From Ancylonema sp. (taxonomy: Eukaryota), in contig JBFLGF010000169.1 in NCBI GenBank assembly GCA_050230475.1, forward strand, positions 1-59,384: 59,384 nucleotides of DNA, read 5' to 3'. The notes under the pieces are model-generated. The model searched no databases. It was given only the letters and a program-made list of their open reading frames with translations, and was not told where the DNA came from. Positions 1-12,912 of this stretch are shown one piece after another. Each line of letters starts with the position of its first letter. Positions within the stretch are counted from its first letter, which is position 1. The position numbers were made by a program, and so were the translations under genes.

Positions 1-1079
1 ATAATGTCGGTGACGGTCACGCGGAATTCGACGAAGGGGTGCCTGCAAGCTGGTGGAGGGGACAAAATGTCGGCAAGAAAGGCAACATGGCATAACTCCT
101 GTCCTATGTCGAAATGGATTGGCCGTGTTTGGGAGGGGGAGCCATCGACGCTGTCGTGGTGGGAATTGGAGGGGGCGTCCCAATGGGCGGAGGTGGATTG
201 GGCGGAGGCGAAAATATGGGCGGATATAATGCTGGCGAGGGTGCCGCGAACGGGGGTCCACATTTGGCCGATGAGGCGGTTCCAGACGCACTGGAAAATC
301 CCTTACCAGCGCTTCTTGGGCCACCCCCTCTGCCAGATGATGATGTCCCGTCTCACGTCAGTGATGACAGCTACGGGAACGCCGTTGACGATGATGAGCA
401 CCCGCTAGAGGATAGTCCCGCAGACATTGCCGCAGCTGGGGGTGGAGTTGTTGTTGATGGAGGGGGCGGGAATGAAGTTGGGGGGGGAGCTGCTGGTGAC
501 GGATGGGGGGGAGATGAGGCTAGGGGGGAAGCTGTGGATGAAAATCCAGCTCCTCCCCCAGGCCCTCGTCGCTTTGAGCGAGAAGCTCGTGGTGTCCCCC
601 CCCTGCGATACATCGAAATGTATGTTTGGGGCTATTCAGACTCTAGCCATGCCAATGATGCAGCTATCAAAAAGGGCAGAAGTGCGTACGTGTTCATAAG
701 TGCAGGGACAACAATCACTTGGCGTAGTTCTTTCCTGGAAACCGTGACCCACAGTAGGTGTGATAGTGAGTACGTAGCTCTGAGCTGTGCAGGAAATGAG
801 GCTATGTACTTGGGGCAGATGCAGGAAAAGTTGGGTATTGCAGAAAAAATGGGGGTTGGGGGCAAGGCAATTCTTGTGCTCGGTGTCAACGAGTCGTCGA
901 TGAAGCTGGCTGAAAACCCAGTTTTTCATCGACGCTCGAAGCATATTGAGATCAAGTGGCACTCCACTCGGGAGCGAGTTGCAAAAGGCCAGATTGTGCT
1001 GAAATTTGTGAGGAGTGAGGAGCAGGCAGCTGATATGCTCACCAAACCTGTCTCCATCAAAGTAATGAAGGTTAAATAG
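1..1079 (+). mobile_element. Ty1/Copia pol remnant: integrase C-terminal linker joined in frame to RNase H, RT missing
   Basis: ORF 114-1079 has Copia RNase H motifs YSDSSHA..KGRSAYVF, SEYVAL, NPVFHRRSKHIEIKWH, QAADMLTKP. No RT motifs lie between PPLRYIEM and YVWGYSD. Confidence 0.85.
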
Positions 1080-1160
1080 TCCCTGATTGGTCTACGATTT
1101 GAAAAGTAAAGTTGTTTTCTCCTTCAAAAATCGATTCTTTGTAGGGGAAGTGGGTTCCCA

Positions 1161-1416
1161 AGGAGGGGGTGTTGAGTTTGAGCTGGGAACTATGTTTGTC
1201 GACAATTGTCGATGTTCTGTCGTTATATCGATTTTCGAGTAGCGTCGATTTAGCAAAATGTTTCGTGATAGTATTTCTTGTTTCGGCAAGTGTCGATTTG
1301 TTATATCGAATCAACGTTGCTAGTTTGATATGACATGTTTTGTCATTGACACTCTTAGCCACGTGTCGACGACGTTTGGTGAGGTGTCGATAAGATCAAG
1401 GTTTACTCTTATCAAC
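1161..1416 (+). mobile_element. Polypurine tract and probable 3' LTR of the Copia remnant
   Basis: AGGAGGGGG (1161-1169) is directly followed by TGTTGAG at 1170. The LTR end is uncertain (TCAAC near 1412-1416). Confidence 0.5.
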
Positions 1417-1608
1417 TTGTGCGGCGCCGGCAACGATTTGTGCTGTCTGGCTAAAGGAGCAGACTTTGCGCTCACAATTTTAATCAAAGTTTTCGATCCT
1501 CAAGTGCTTCTTTTGTTGAAGTAATCTTGTTCAAATTGTCTATTACTTGATTCATGTGTGTGTGATTGTCGTGACGATTTGCTCAGATGACTGAATCTAG
1601 TGGTCATA

Positions 1609-2142
1609 TGATAGACGGGAGGGAAGGAACACGCCGAAGAAGACCACGGAGGAGGAAAAGGGGAGTGGGGGGTGGTAGGAGGAGGAGGCGCTGAAGTGGT
1701 GCCAGTGTGGACGTAAACATGGTTCTACTCTTTTCGCGAAAAGTGAAAACGTTTTTAGATAACATACTAAACACTTGTAAATGCTGAATTAGTGCCAGTC
1801 TGATCGGAAATACTGGTTCCGGTGTTTCCGATCTGGCTTGTCAGAGTTCAATACAAAGTGTTATAAGCTTTTGAATGGTGAACATCTGCCACTGAGACGT
1901 ACAGACTAGTCCGAGTTTTTTATGTACAGAATGGAAACAACATACCATAATATGTTATCCACTTCCAGTACCCCGGTAAATACTTGCAGTCTTCTTCATA
2001 GGTCGCACCGAACTCGCGACATTTTTACGAAGCCTCTCTCCACGAAAACCATCCATGCCCCCCCTCCTCCTCCTCCCACCCCCCCACCCTCCTTTTCCTC
2101 CTCCATGGTCTTCTTCGGCGACTTCCTTCCCTCCCTTCTATC
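1609..2142. repeat. Imperfect ~80-bp inverted repeat pair (1609-1690 / 2060-2142)
   Basis: GATAGACGGGAGGGAAGGAACACGCCGAAGAAGACCACGGAGGAGGAAAAG... matches the reverse complement of 2060-2142. Confidence 0.75.
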
Positions 2143-2770
2143 AAACTTTAGAATCTCCATGAAGTGTGTCTTCCGTTGCATAGCCAACTCTCGTGCAAGC
2201 GCACGGTTCAGCCTTGACTCTTCCCGGTTCTTCTCCTGTTCCTCCGCGTATGTCTTCCCCCACGTGGAAAGGACCTCAGTTTTACACAACAACAATTCAG
2301 CAAGTCGTCCACGACCCCTCTTCGAACCCCTCTAGAGTGGAGTAGGAATGGGGTCGTGCGGGCGACGACCCTCACTGTTGTATTGATACGACGGCGTAGA
2401 CGGCGTCTGATGTCGAGCTCCCTCAGTGTTGGCTGACGCCTGCGCAGTAGGGTTTCGAACCTGGCGCACAGACTCCTGCTCTTGGCGATGAATAGGGGGA
2501 ATGTTTCGAATCTATGGAGGTGGTGGTTCCTCCACTCCGAACACGAAGGGGGGGCGATCTTCGTCTTTATCTTCCTGAATATAGATACACAGAATAACAT
2601 ATAATTAATTATCTAAAAACCAGTAACGTCTTATATATTGACATAAATTTCAACAATTTTGGAGGATGTGAGATTTAAAGAACACCATCTCGATCCTTGT
2701 CATGGTGCTAAAAAGTAACTCTGGAACCCAAAATTATATCGATGAATTCCAAAACAACGGGTTTTAAACT

Positions 2771-4427
2771 TCAAACCAGTGACAATAAACTAGGGGAACG
2801 TCGATTTTCCTCGTCTTCCTCCTCAAACTGGTCTAGGAAAGATGCCACCTTCTCGGGATCCATACCCACGCCGGGTGGGGATACCCGGTATCCTAGGAAG
2901 TCGATAGTGTCAGTGTGGAACTGACATTTCTCTAGCTTAGCATAAAACTTGTTCTCCCGTACGAGTGCCAAGATAGCACGGACGTGGGGGACATGTACTT
3001 CAAGGGAGGGGGAGTAGATGATCATGTCGTCGAGTAGATCCGCTAGGAAGACGTCGAGGTGTTCTCGAAACACATCGTTAATGAAATACTGAAAAGCTGC
3101 ACGAGCATTGGTAGGCCCAAAAAGGCAGACCTGATACTCGTACTGGCCGTAGCGGCAGCGAAAGGCAGTCTTGTACTCATCCCCTCCCTTGACCCGCAGC
3201 TGGTGATAAGCATTGCGTAGGTCAATCTTGGTGAAGATTGTGGCGGTGTTCAGGCGGTCCAGCAGCTCAGGTATGAGGGGTAGGGGGCAACGGTTTTTTA
3301 CTGTGACCGCGTTGAGGCCTCTGTAGTCCACAAAGAGCCGCAACTTGCCATCGGGCTTCTTAATGAACATCACAGGTGCTCCTCCTGGGCTGGTTGAAGG
3401 CCTGATGAACCCATTTGCCAGGTTGTCTGTTATGTAGGCTTTTAGGGTAGCCAACTCCGGCTCCGAGAGGGAGTAGATCGGCCCCCAAGGTGGCTCTTTC
3501 CCGGGCAGGAGGGGAATCTCGAGGTCATACGGTCGGCGGGGGGGAAGGGTGTTTGCAGCCTGTTCCGAGAACACATATGCGAAGTCGTGGTACGCCGGGG
3601 GGAGCTTGGCGAGGATGGCTGGATTGGGGGGAGGGGGAAGGACCGAGGCTAAAACTGCTGGTTTGGGTAAGGGAAGGGGAGGGGGGTGGGGACTAGACTG
3701 CAGGCAGTGGGCAGCACACTCGGAGTTGGAGAAGGACAAGGTGCCTGTCTGCAAGTCGATGTCGGGGTTGTGTTTGAGAAGCCTTTGGGATCTGATCTGG
3801 GCGGGGTAAGATCTGATCTGATCTGGGCCGGCCAGGGCGTTCTCGATGTTCTTCACGAAGGTAACATACTCGGAGAAGGTGTCAGGGGGTGACTGAACCT
3901 TCAAGATCTCTTGCCTCAGCTCGGGCTTGAGTTTGTCAAAGTAAGTGAAGATCATAGGATAATCTCCCCACCCCTAAAACCCTTTGACTAAGGCTCGGAA
4001 CCTGGCAGTAAAGTCCTGAACTCCCCCTGTCTGCTTGAGTGCGTTCCTTGGTCAGGTTAGAGGGGATGTCGCCAAAAGCCTCACTCAGACCTTTCAGGAG
4101 GGCGTTCACATCAGCCAGCGGGATGGTTGCCTTCGGGGTCATGCTGCTGAGTGAACCACTCGCCAGCAGCACCACTTAGGAAGGAGGAAAAGTAGAGGAC
4201 CGTATGATCAGGATCGGAGAATCTGATAGGAGCCACCCGGATCGGGTTGCGCACTAGCCGTAGGAAGGTAGCCAGACTTGCAGAATCGCCTCAATACTTT
4301 TGTAGATCAGGAAGGACCATTATTGAAGGAGCTGGCTGGTAGGCTGGTTGATAAACAGGGACAGGTTGAGGGAAAGAAGGGGGTTCGGCTGAGATAGGAG
4401 ATGGGGTGCTGAGGTGCGCCTCCACCA
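2771..4427 (-). mobile_element. Ty3/Gypsy (Tf/Tcn1-like) remnant: PBS, degenerate gag, RT; protease deleted, 3' truncated
   Basis: RT motifs [45 protein letters not shown], (L)LDD, IDFLGY. gag-like YFSSFLSGAAGEWF near 4150-4200. TGGTGGAGGCGC at 4427-4416. Confidence 0.9.
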
Positions 4428-5061
4428 CCTTTTGTTTCTCATTAAGCTCATTGGATTGAGCGAAAATAAAGTCGTGATTCTTTCATCTGTTTTGGCTTGC
4501 TATTCCATATTTGTCACTCATTTGCAAACTCATGGCTTTCAAAGTCTCCACAATATGTTGCAACTCCATGAGGAAAAAATATGAAACCCCCCAAAAAAAA
4601 AAAAAACGGCGGAAAAATGAGGTTTTCGCCTTAGAAGAAGTTAAAAACCTGTTAGGAGCGGANACCCCATCCCCCATCCCCCATCCCCCATCTACAAAAA
4701 TATCATATCATAATATCATATTATCATGATATATTATGCTGATATATTTTCCGACCAATTAGACCATTTTTCGACCTATTTTCGACCATATTTTCGATTG
4801 ATAATGTTCGACCATTAGCATATACTATCACTTGATGCAATCTACGTAATCCTATGTTCCCAATCTGCAGAAAATTCGTTACCGACATTTTTTGATAAAG
4901 TACTCTGTAAGATATTGGATCCAATGTCTACCCTGAAGTGCTCATAATTCGAAAGAGAGTTTGTAAACAGATTATCAAAACTTGGTGTCCATATTCTACT
5001 AGGACTTATAAATTTCTCCCCTGTATCCCCCTATTCCCCATCCCCCCCTCCCCCCCCCCAC

Positions 5062-7708
5062 CATATCCTCCCGTTATCCACCCCGTTGAGCCCAATTTTA
5101 TGCCCGCAGTCCGCAATCCTGACCCCCTGGCAGCACCCCCCCCCCCCCTCCCGCAGCTGCACCACAAACGCGTGCACCCCCTCGTTCCGCCCGCTGATGT
5201 GGAGCTGGGCGAAGCAAACGGTGTGGGTGGCGTGCTGGAGGAGAAAAAAACAGAGGGGGGAGTGGGGGGGGGGGGTCAGGTGAAAACAACAGAGGCGAAT
5301 CAAAGGGCCTTCTGAGAGACGCAGTGTTGCCAGCATCGGGGTTCTGCATAGGGGGGGGGTTCCCAGGAGAAAACAACAGAACCAATAGGTTTTTCTGGGG
5401 CAAAAAAAAAAAAGAGCACCACCCCCCCACCCCCCCCACCTGCGCAGCCCCCCCAATCCAGAATTTTTGTGCAGACTCGCAGGGGGTGTTGAGAATGAAC
5501 TCCTGTCGAGATGCATCGTATGTGGCCACGGTTTCAATGCCGCGGACCTAGGGGGGGGGGGATAAGAAGAAGGAGAACACTAAGTGTGTACCATTCTGAT
5601 GAGAGGGGAAACAAGTATAGGGTGCTTCTTCATGAGGACAAATTTTGATGAGGGGGAATGGATACAATGATGTGGAATTGTTTTGAAATCTTTGCGCTTT
5701 ACTCTGCATGTAGACAATTGAGCAAACGGTAATGTTTCCACTGATAATCGCAAGGAGGGTGTTTCATACTCGTATCCTGGAAGTAGTAAGAAAGTTGTAA
5801 GAAGAGGCCGTCTGAATGTACAGAACTGGAATGCTTTGATGCAGATATGCAATTGACTGTATCTGGTATTTGTTACATTTATTTTTGATGTGTGTGTGGG
5901 TGTCTGTTGGCTGCAAGCAATTACTGCTTCACTCCATAAATACATCAGTTCGAGGGTCGATCTGAGTGTATCACGTGTATCACACTAGTACTGATAGTGA
6001 CGATTTTAATGACGTTAGTAACATCAATGATAACAAGACTACCAAAACTACTCCACTTTTGTTCACTATGATCTCTTCCTTTCCCTCCCCCAACCCCCTT
6101 CCCCCCCCCCAACCCCCCCCCCAACCCCCCCCACCCCCCCCCCCTTACATTGCTCCCATGCCCCAGCTCTGTGAGCGCAAAGCATCCTGCCACTTCGTAA
6201 TCTTCCGTCTTCTTCAGCCACTGGCGATGGTGACGCTCGGTGCCTAAGTACTTAACCGCACCACCCCTGGGGAGAAAAGGAAAAGGAACCAGGTCCGGGT
6301 ATGAGAGGGGGAAGGCAGAAGTGAGAAAGCAGTTTTTTTTTTGCCATAATTCTGCGCCGTTTTTTATTTTGAGAAATGCTTTGCGGACTGATTTCTTCTT
6401 TTATTTATTTATTTGTTTTTCTTTGAGTACTGCGGGGAGGATGTTAGGGAAAGATACCGGTCCAGTGTAAGATGAAAGCAGGTTTTTGCAGGTTGTATGT
6501 TGTACTTTTTACAGTAAGGCGTAAAATACGTTTTACGTTTTCATGTGAAGTAAAAGACTACGCAGACATACATATACTGACTGAAATGTTTTTTTTAAAA
6601 AAAATTGTTATTATCATGGACAACACTTCGTGTAGAAAAGTCAGAAGTTTGTGCTGTTGGCATTGCTTCCCCCCCTACTTCTTGCAATAATTTTAAATAG
6701 GTAAAGAATGACCTTAAGACAAAAAAAAACGATGGATTGGAGGTGATAATGACTAAGATATACACCATAATAGTGAAATGAGTAAGATTACAAGATACTA
6801 CATAGATATAGTTGCTGATAACAGAAATAACACTGACACCAACTAGACGGTTAAGGATAATCATAAGCACTCATCTATCCCTGTCTACCCTCCCTCCCCC
6901 CCCCCCAACCCCCTCCGCTTCCCCCCCTACCACAACTGGATGTGCACCCCCAGCTTGATTCCCATCGAATGGTCGTAATAACCGATCGCCTGATGCATAG
7001 CGGCCTTCTTCCGCAGCTCCCCGACGTCATTGGTCGTGAGCCACCCCTTGAAGTAACCGCGGTCACGCAGGAACAGGATGCGGTTAAAGGTAACCGCCCG
7101 CTGGTCTTCCTTGGTGGAGTTGTAGTCCATCTGGGTGTACAGGTGGCCGCCAGCTGGCGCGTCCTCGTTGGGCCAGAACACCTTGTTGGCGGCGAACACG
7201 CCGAACATGTGGTCCAGAATGTCGGCGTCCGTGTCGAGGAGCTGGCGGAGGGCGGCGGGGTCGACGGAGGAGGTGGCTGTGGGAGGCGCGGGGGTGGGGG
7301 GAGCGGGCGGGACGGGTAACCGGTTTGAATGGGAGTACAATAGCGGACATGGTTGTACAGACGTGAAGATGAGCTGGAATTTGACGAACGGGATTTTTAT
7401 GGCATCATCAGTGACTTCATGTCATCATTATCACTGAGACTGTCATTACCCTTCAAGGCTTCCTCTGGCACGCAACAGCACTTATAACCCTCAGGATAAT
7501 TTGCGCAAGTACTTTTCGATTGCTCAAACACATGAAGGTACTTGACACATGAAGGTTGTTCCGGGAAAGAGTTCTCACAGCGGTTTGCCTCGGGTGCCAA
7601 ATAATTCAAACAGGGAGCTACTGAGACTTGTACGGCCTTCCCGTGGGACGCACCACCTGTCAAGTGCTGCACCATCAATTCCACGCGGCGCAATGTACGG
7701 GCCTCCAT
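5062..7708 (-). CDS. ACX3: Peroxisomal acyl-CoA oxidase (ACX3-like), first 5 exons only: 7708-7579, 7276-6931, 6266-6149, 5547-5440, 5234-5062
   Basis: GT-AG introns with consistent phases give ~291 aa. N-terminal PTS2 [73 protein letters not shown]-terminal exons were not found in the window. Confidence 0.9.
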
Positions 7709-8309
7709 CTTTGATTACCCGCAGCTTCCTGGTCCAGAGACAGCAACGACCGCTCGCTATGACTTTCGTAGAGAAGTATGCGACTGGACGCTGTGTACAA
7801 GGATGTCAGACGCTACACGAATTCCCTTGGTTCCCGGCGGAGCATGAGAAGGTCGTCTCCTGAGCTTCCGCCGTACGTGTCACGCTGTCGCCCCGCCCTA
7901 GAAGAGTCTGCTGGGTCTAGTCGGGGCAAGACGTTCAAAGTGACGTCACTTCAAATCTGTGTCTACTACGTTTCACTTTATCTTCTCGGGCATTATTAAG
8001 GGACTTGGGGGGGGGGAAGGTATCGATTTACCGATCCACGTCTCACACCGTAATTCATCGAACGGTACATATTCAATACTGTTGCAGGTTCGTAAATCCC
8101 GTTATAATTTATTCACCTACTTGCGATTCTAATAGACAATTGGTAATGTGTGTTGTAAATGTCACGCGAAAATCAAGGGGATGAAATTCAGATGACGGCG
8201 ACAGGGTGGGCTTTTCCACGTCAAACATTTGCTTTATGAGTCACACGCCAGGAACAGTAGGGCAAGTCCACATCAGCTTCCCAGGGTGGAGGGAGATACA
8301 TTTGACACG

Positions 8310-8570
8310 GCTTAGCCCGGAGCCCACTGAGTCCAGAGCTCACATTATTTGGGCTCATTAAGCTCAGAGCCCAAAGCTTGGAAAAATCATAGCCTTCGAG
8401 CCTAAGGAGCTCAAAGAGGCCGAAGCCCAGATCGGTGTCCGGAGTCCGGAGCCCGAAGCCCAGAAGTGTTGGGCTCATTTGGGCACCTCTGACATCATTG
8501 TGGGCTCCGAGGCATCCGAGCTCATGAGCCCGGAGGTCGGAGCCCAGATCGTATGCTTGGGCTCCGCGCA
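8310..8570. repeat. GAGCCC/GGGCTC-rich subterminal-type repeat (related tracts at ~14410-14470, 21010-21075, 21940-22040)
   Basis: Dense GAGCCC/GGGCTC motifs in both orientations. Confidence 0.55.
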
Positions 8571-8622
8571 CCTTAAATGGGACCTTGCGGTGTGTCAGCT
8601 AGGCTGTGAGTGGTGTGTCAGC

Positions 8623-8838
8623 TAGGGTTGTGAACGTTACCGTGACGCTTACGCGTGACGGTAAATTACGCGTCATTTTGACGCGTAATTACGCACACCC
8701 TCGGTAATGTTATGAATTACAGCGATTCACTACTTTTGGTCATGACGGGCCCGGAATTGCCGTTACCCCGGCAAAAGCGTAATTGTAAGTGTAATCGTAC
8801 ACATACCGTACATAACCGTAAACATTATACACAACACT
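8623..8838. mobile_element. Putative MITE (TAGGGTTGTGAA terminus; a similar terminus at ~14488)
   Basis: TAGGGTTGTGAA start, internal TTACG/CGTAA motifs, degenerate inverted end ...ACACAACACT. Confidence 0.4.
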
Positions 8839-10327
8839 TCTCGTATATCGAACGCATGTTGTACAAATATATGTACGAAAAGGACAAATGTACTTTTCAG
8901 TACATTTTTTCAATGTACGATAGTACTAGTACTTGATTGTACTACTACATGCGATTCATTTAATGTGTTTCAGCCAACGTGTTTCTCGTCATTCGACTAA
9001 AAATACAGAAAATTATATGCCAAAAAAAAAAAAAAAAAAAAGTGGACGGCATGTATTAAAAGAAAGCACTCGATAGTCGCTATCAACAAAAAATGTGTCG
9101 TCGACCTTTCACAACCGGGAAATAAAATATATGAACGCTTGAAGTATCAAAATATTTGAACCCTCAATACATTTGTCTCATATGTCATCATGTTATGTTT
9201 TGAACTACACAAGAGTTACAAGAAACGTAAACGGCATATAAAGTGATCACAGTACCACATCTCTAAGTATCCTACTTGACGTTGATGTAAGGCTAAAATT
9301 AACGACTTTGACAAACATTACTCGAAACAAGTACCTTTTGGTGACATTTTAAATGCGCAGTCGATGAAAATAGATGTACATGTGTCCTCGAGTGATGATG
9401 ACTGGGGAGTACCCTTTATTGGGAACATATCACACACGCAAAAAATATTAATTATTGTAAAATAATTGATACTCTAGTCGGGATAAAACAAGATTGAGTT
9501 AAAAAGTGAATGTTCTCAACAAATAACATTTTGTATGTTTATTTAGTTGTTTGTCATTTTTTATTTTTGTTTGCTTCTTGTTGTTATTGTTGTTGGTTTT
9601 TTATTGTCACTTCTTTTAAGTTTACGTGAAGCGGAGGGGTTCACTTTTATTTCAACAAGTGAGCTCATCAATTGCGACGTACATTTTTGTGTTTGGATTG
9701 AAATGGTTGTGGCCAAATATTGAGAAAATCTTGAGATTATTGCGGTAAATTTTTGATTTGTATGTCGAGAGTATCGAAGGTAGTGTTGTATGACTAGCGC
9801 GTACATTGAAGTGTGTGTCTCTCGATGATTTTTGATCAAGTTTACAACCAAACTTATCATATGCAAGAAAATTCAAATATAGAGGTACCCCAAATTACAA
9901 TACGGAAAAAAAACACTAATCTTCAAATCATTTGGAGTGCTCTGCAAGGTGACCAAGCTTTTCCCGCTCACATGTTGTCTTGTGCTGTACCGCTTCTGTG
10001 TCCAAAATTTAATGTTAGAATACAGTCCGTGGATGCAATGGTTAAGCAAGTGTGGCTCGCTTGAAGTTTGTGAGTTAACAATGAGTGACATACCGACGAA
10101 AATTCACACCAAAAAAAAAAAAAAAAAAAAACAATCACATATTTTTTATTAAAAATTTAACGAATCAGAATTTGTGAAAATATACGCATTTGAACTCAAG
10201 AACATGAACGTAGCAAAAGACCAACATGACGATCTTAGAGATAGCACAAATACAACGGGGCACAAACTGGGATTTACGGGACACTAAACAACGAAGTCGG
10301 TGGTAATTTTTTTTTCAGCAATGGATG

Positions 10328-12912
10328 TCAAATACTTAGAGCCTTAACGTATGTTAGCAATATTTTTTGAGGCATTGATGTCAATGCATCTTCTTGCTCC
10401 GAGATGGATTTCTTGTGTCCCACCATGTAACTCAATCAAAATTATTATAACTCCACCGCCCCACGCGCATTAGCAGAAACTAGCAAACGTATGACGTTTC
10501 GGACGTTTGTAAATTGTGTCTGGAATTTCAAAATTTGTTGTTGCAGGTTCTTCACTTGGTACTTTTCGGCCAATCCCCACAATTCTGCCGGATATTCGTC
10601 AAGTATGGTCGGTGAGAGCTCTTGGTTGTACAAGTACTTCACGAATGCCTCGACAGCTAACCAAGGAAAGTCATCGATGATGATCACCTTTGATCTCGAT
10701 TCCTTCATTCTGTTTTCGAACATTTTACGAAACACGGGGGAGCCGGCAACCTGCACAAATGCACCGTTTTCAATGTGACGACCGCAATAGATTCGACACT
10801 TGAACAAACATATATGGATTGCGAACCTAAATGCTTCAATATTTAGGAGACTTTCTCATGTTTACTTCATGTTTTTGTGCGTACCAGCACAAGTTTGTGG
10901 GCCTTCATTTTGTCGCCGTCGTTCGTCTTGATGGTGACGTCAGTCAACGTGTCTTCTTTGAAAAGCTTGTGCACGCCTTCAACAAGAATGTTTGGCGCTA
11001 ACGACGCCGATAAGGGTACTTGGATAAGAGTGAGCAGAGAATGATATTTACTTATTCATTTGGTGCGTACTTACATATCCACATTTCATCGTGTGTTCAT
11101 ATAAAAATTTGCACTAAATACGCACTTATTTTACAAAAAAAAAAAAAATGCCGGAAATTATGAGGAACCTAGATTCGAGAACCTAAGAAAAAATCCCAAC
11201 GAGTTTTTGTAGCGTAACTTGGAAGCAAGTAGTGGGCGAAAATTCATGCGCATCGATGAAGCGAAATTTATACATAAGAATTTGGAATAAACATGTATTC
11301 AATCGAATCACAAAGAATTGTGGCAGAGACATGTGAGTATATGGTGATACTTTCTTAGGCGATACAGGCATATATTTCATACCTTGCAGCGGAAGAACAT
11401 TGGTGAAGAGACCTCATGTTCAGGAGTGGGTGTCCATCGAAACGCCGAATCAAGACGCCGAATCGCCGAATCGAGACTCGAACTCGACTAGAACGTGATT
11501 GTGAAAGTTGGGAAGTGAAGCATACGAATGAGAAAGGAAGGATGCCCTGATTGCATGACTGTGAAATCCCGTTTGGTTTTTATTCTTTTATCATGAAATA
11601 ATTTTAATATGAAGACATGCGGGTCACGTAAATCAACAAGATAGCAACACGTACATAAAATACTCATCGTAATAGTCACGAAGGCCATATAAACGGTAAC
11701 GGGCACGTTCACTCGGTCTACACTGATTTCTGGAAATTCAAGTTTACGGACGCGTACATTAAAGAAGACTTTGAAAGTAAGATTTCCGTCGACAACGTAT
11801 CCTTGGGCTGGGTCAAATATCGCATCCATCGTTGGCCTTGCATCACCCTTAGACGTTGAAGGGTCCCATAACTCCCACTTGTTGTAAGGCTTCCCTGAAA
11901 AAAGTAAGAAAATAACGAAGTAACGAATCAATAGTACACCCCAGTCGTACTTCATCGTAAATTGCGTTGCCTTTCTGATAATCCAGCCTCACGAACGCAT
12001 CCATGTAGGCGTGATTCGATGAGCATACACAAACGAATTCAGCTATGAGTCGAACACTTTAAGTAAAAAAAATGGCCAACCATAGGGGGAAGTCGGGACT
12101 TACCGTGAAAGTAACAGCTAGCCTCCTCTCTCTCTCTTGATTCACCAACAATAAGGCCTATGCCTATGCCTATGAGGTCAAGAAGAGCTTCTCGCAACTG
12201 TGTCGAGCTCAAGCCTGTATTTCTAATTCGGGACAAGAACATCGAATACGAGTAGAATGACGACTAGTATGTTAATTTATATTATTGGACATTGGAGCTC
12301 CCGTTGCTCCACTTCGCCCATTTCTTTTCCACCAATGTGAAGTTTTGTTGATTTGTATTAGTACTTTTTTTTCCCAACGGTTTTGGCATTCCAGTTGCTC
12401 CGCAACAACATACTTCGTTCTAGGCGGCAAAAATCGGTTAGCTCGTCTGAACCCTACATGCATGCCTAGCACTATTTTGCACTCCGTCGAATATCGACAA
12501 TAGGTGTGGGCCAATAAACAAGAAAATGCACCGAAATTATAATTTCGAATCAATGCGTGTCTTGTCTTTGGCGAGAGATTATTGTTATTTGGGGTCTAGC
12601 GGTAGTTTAGTTTGAGCCAAAGAATTGAACCGATACTTGGATGAAAACGAAATCATGCACAAGTAGAGTTCAAATATAGTTGACATGTTCAATTATATTT
12701 GTAGCACGGTCTTTGTTTTTCAATTTATTTTTATTTTTCCATTTGAAGTAAAATTTGACGTGGCAATATCATTCAAGGATCTTGTAACTTTGGGACCATC
12801 TTAGGAACTTTAGGAACGATAAACGTGGTATCGTGTATATACACGATATCGGAAGTTGAATGGACGGAAACTTGTCAATGTCGGTTTGAATTGTGTATTT
12901 ATTGGATACCAT
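10328..12912 (-). pseudogene. MATH-BTB/POZ (SPOP/BPM-like) pseudogene, multi-exon
   Basis: BTB: LTDVTIKTNDGDKMKAHKLVL|VAGSPVFRKMFENRMKES..AVEAFVKYLY..LAEKYQV. MATH end: DPAQGYVVDGNLTFKV. In-frame TAA TAA..TGA at ~10436-10447 interrupts the BACK-like tail. Confidence 0.7.

Noticed and set aside
7586..7592. GC donor for ACX intron 1
   Set aside because: Phase is incompatible; the canonical GT donor at 7578 fits.
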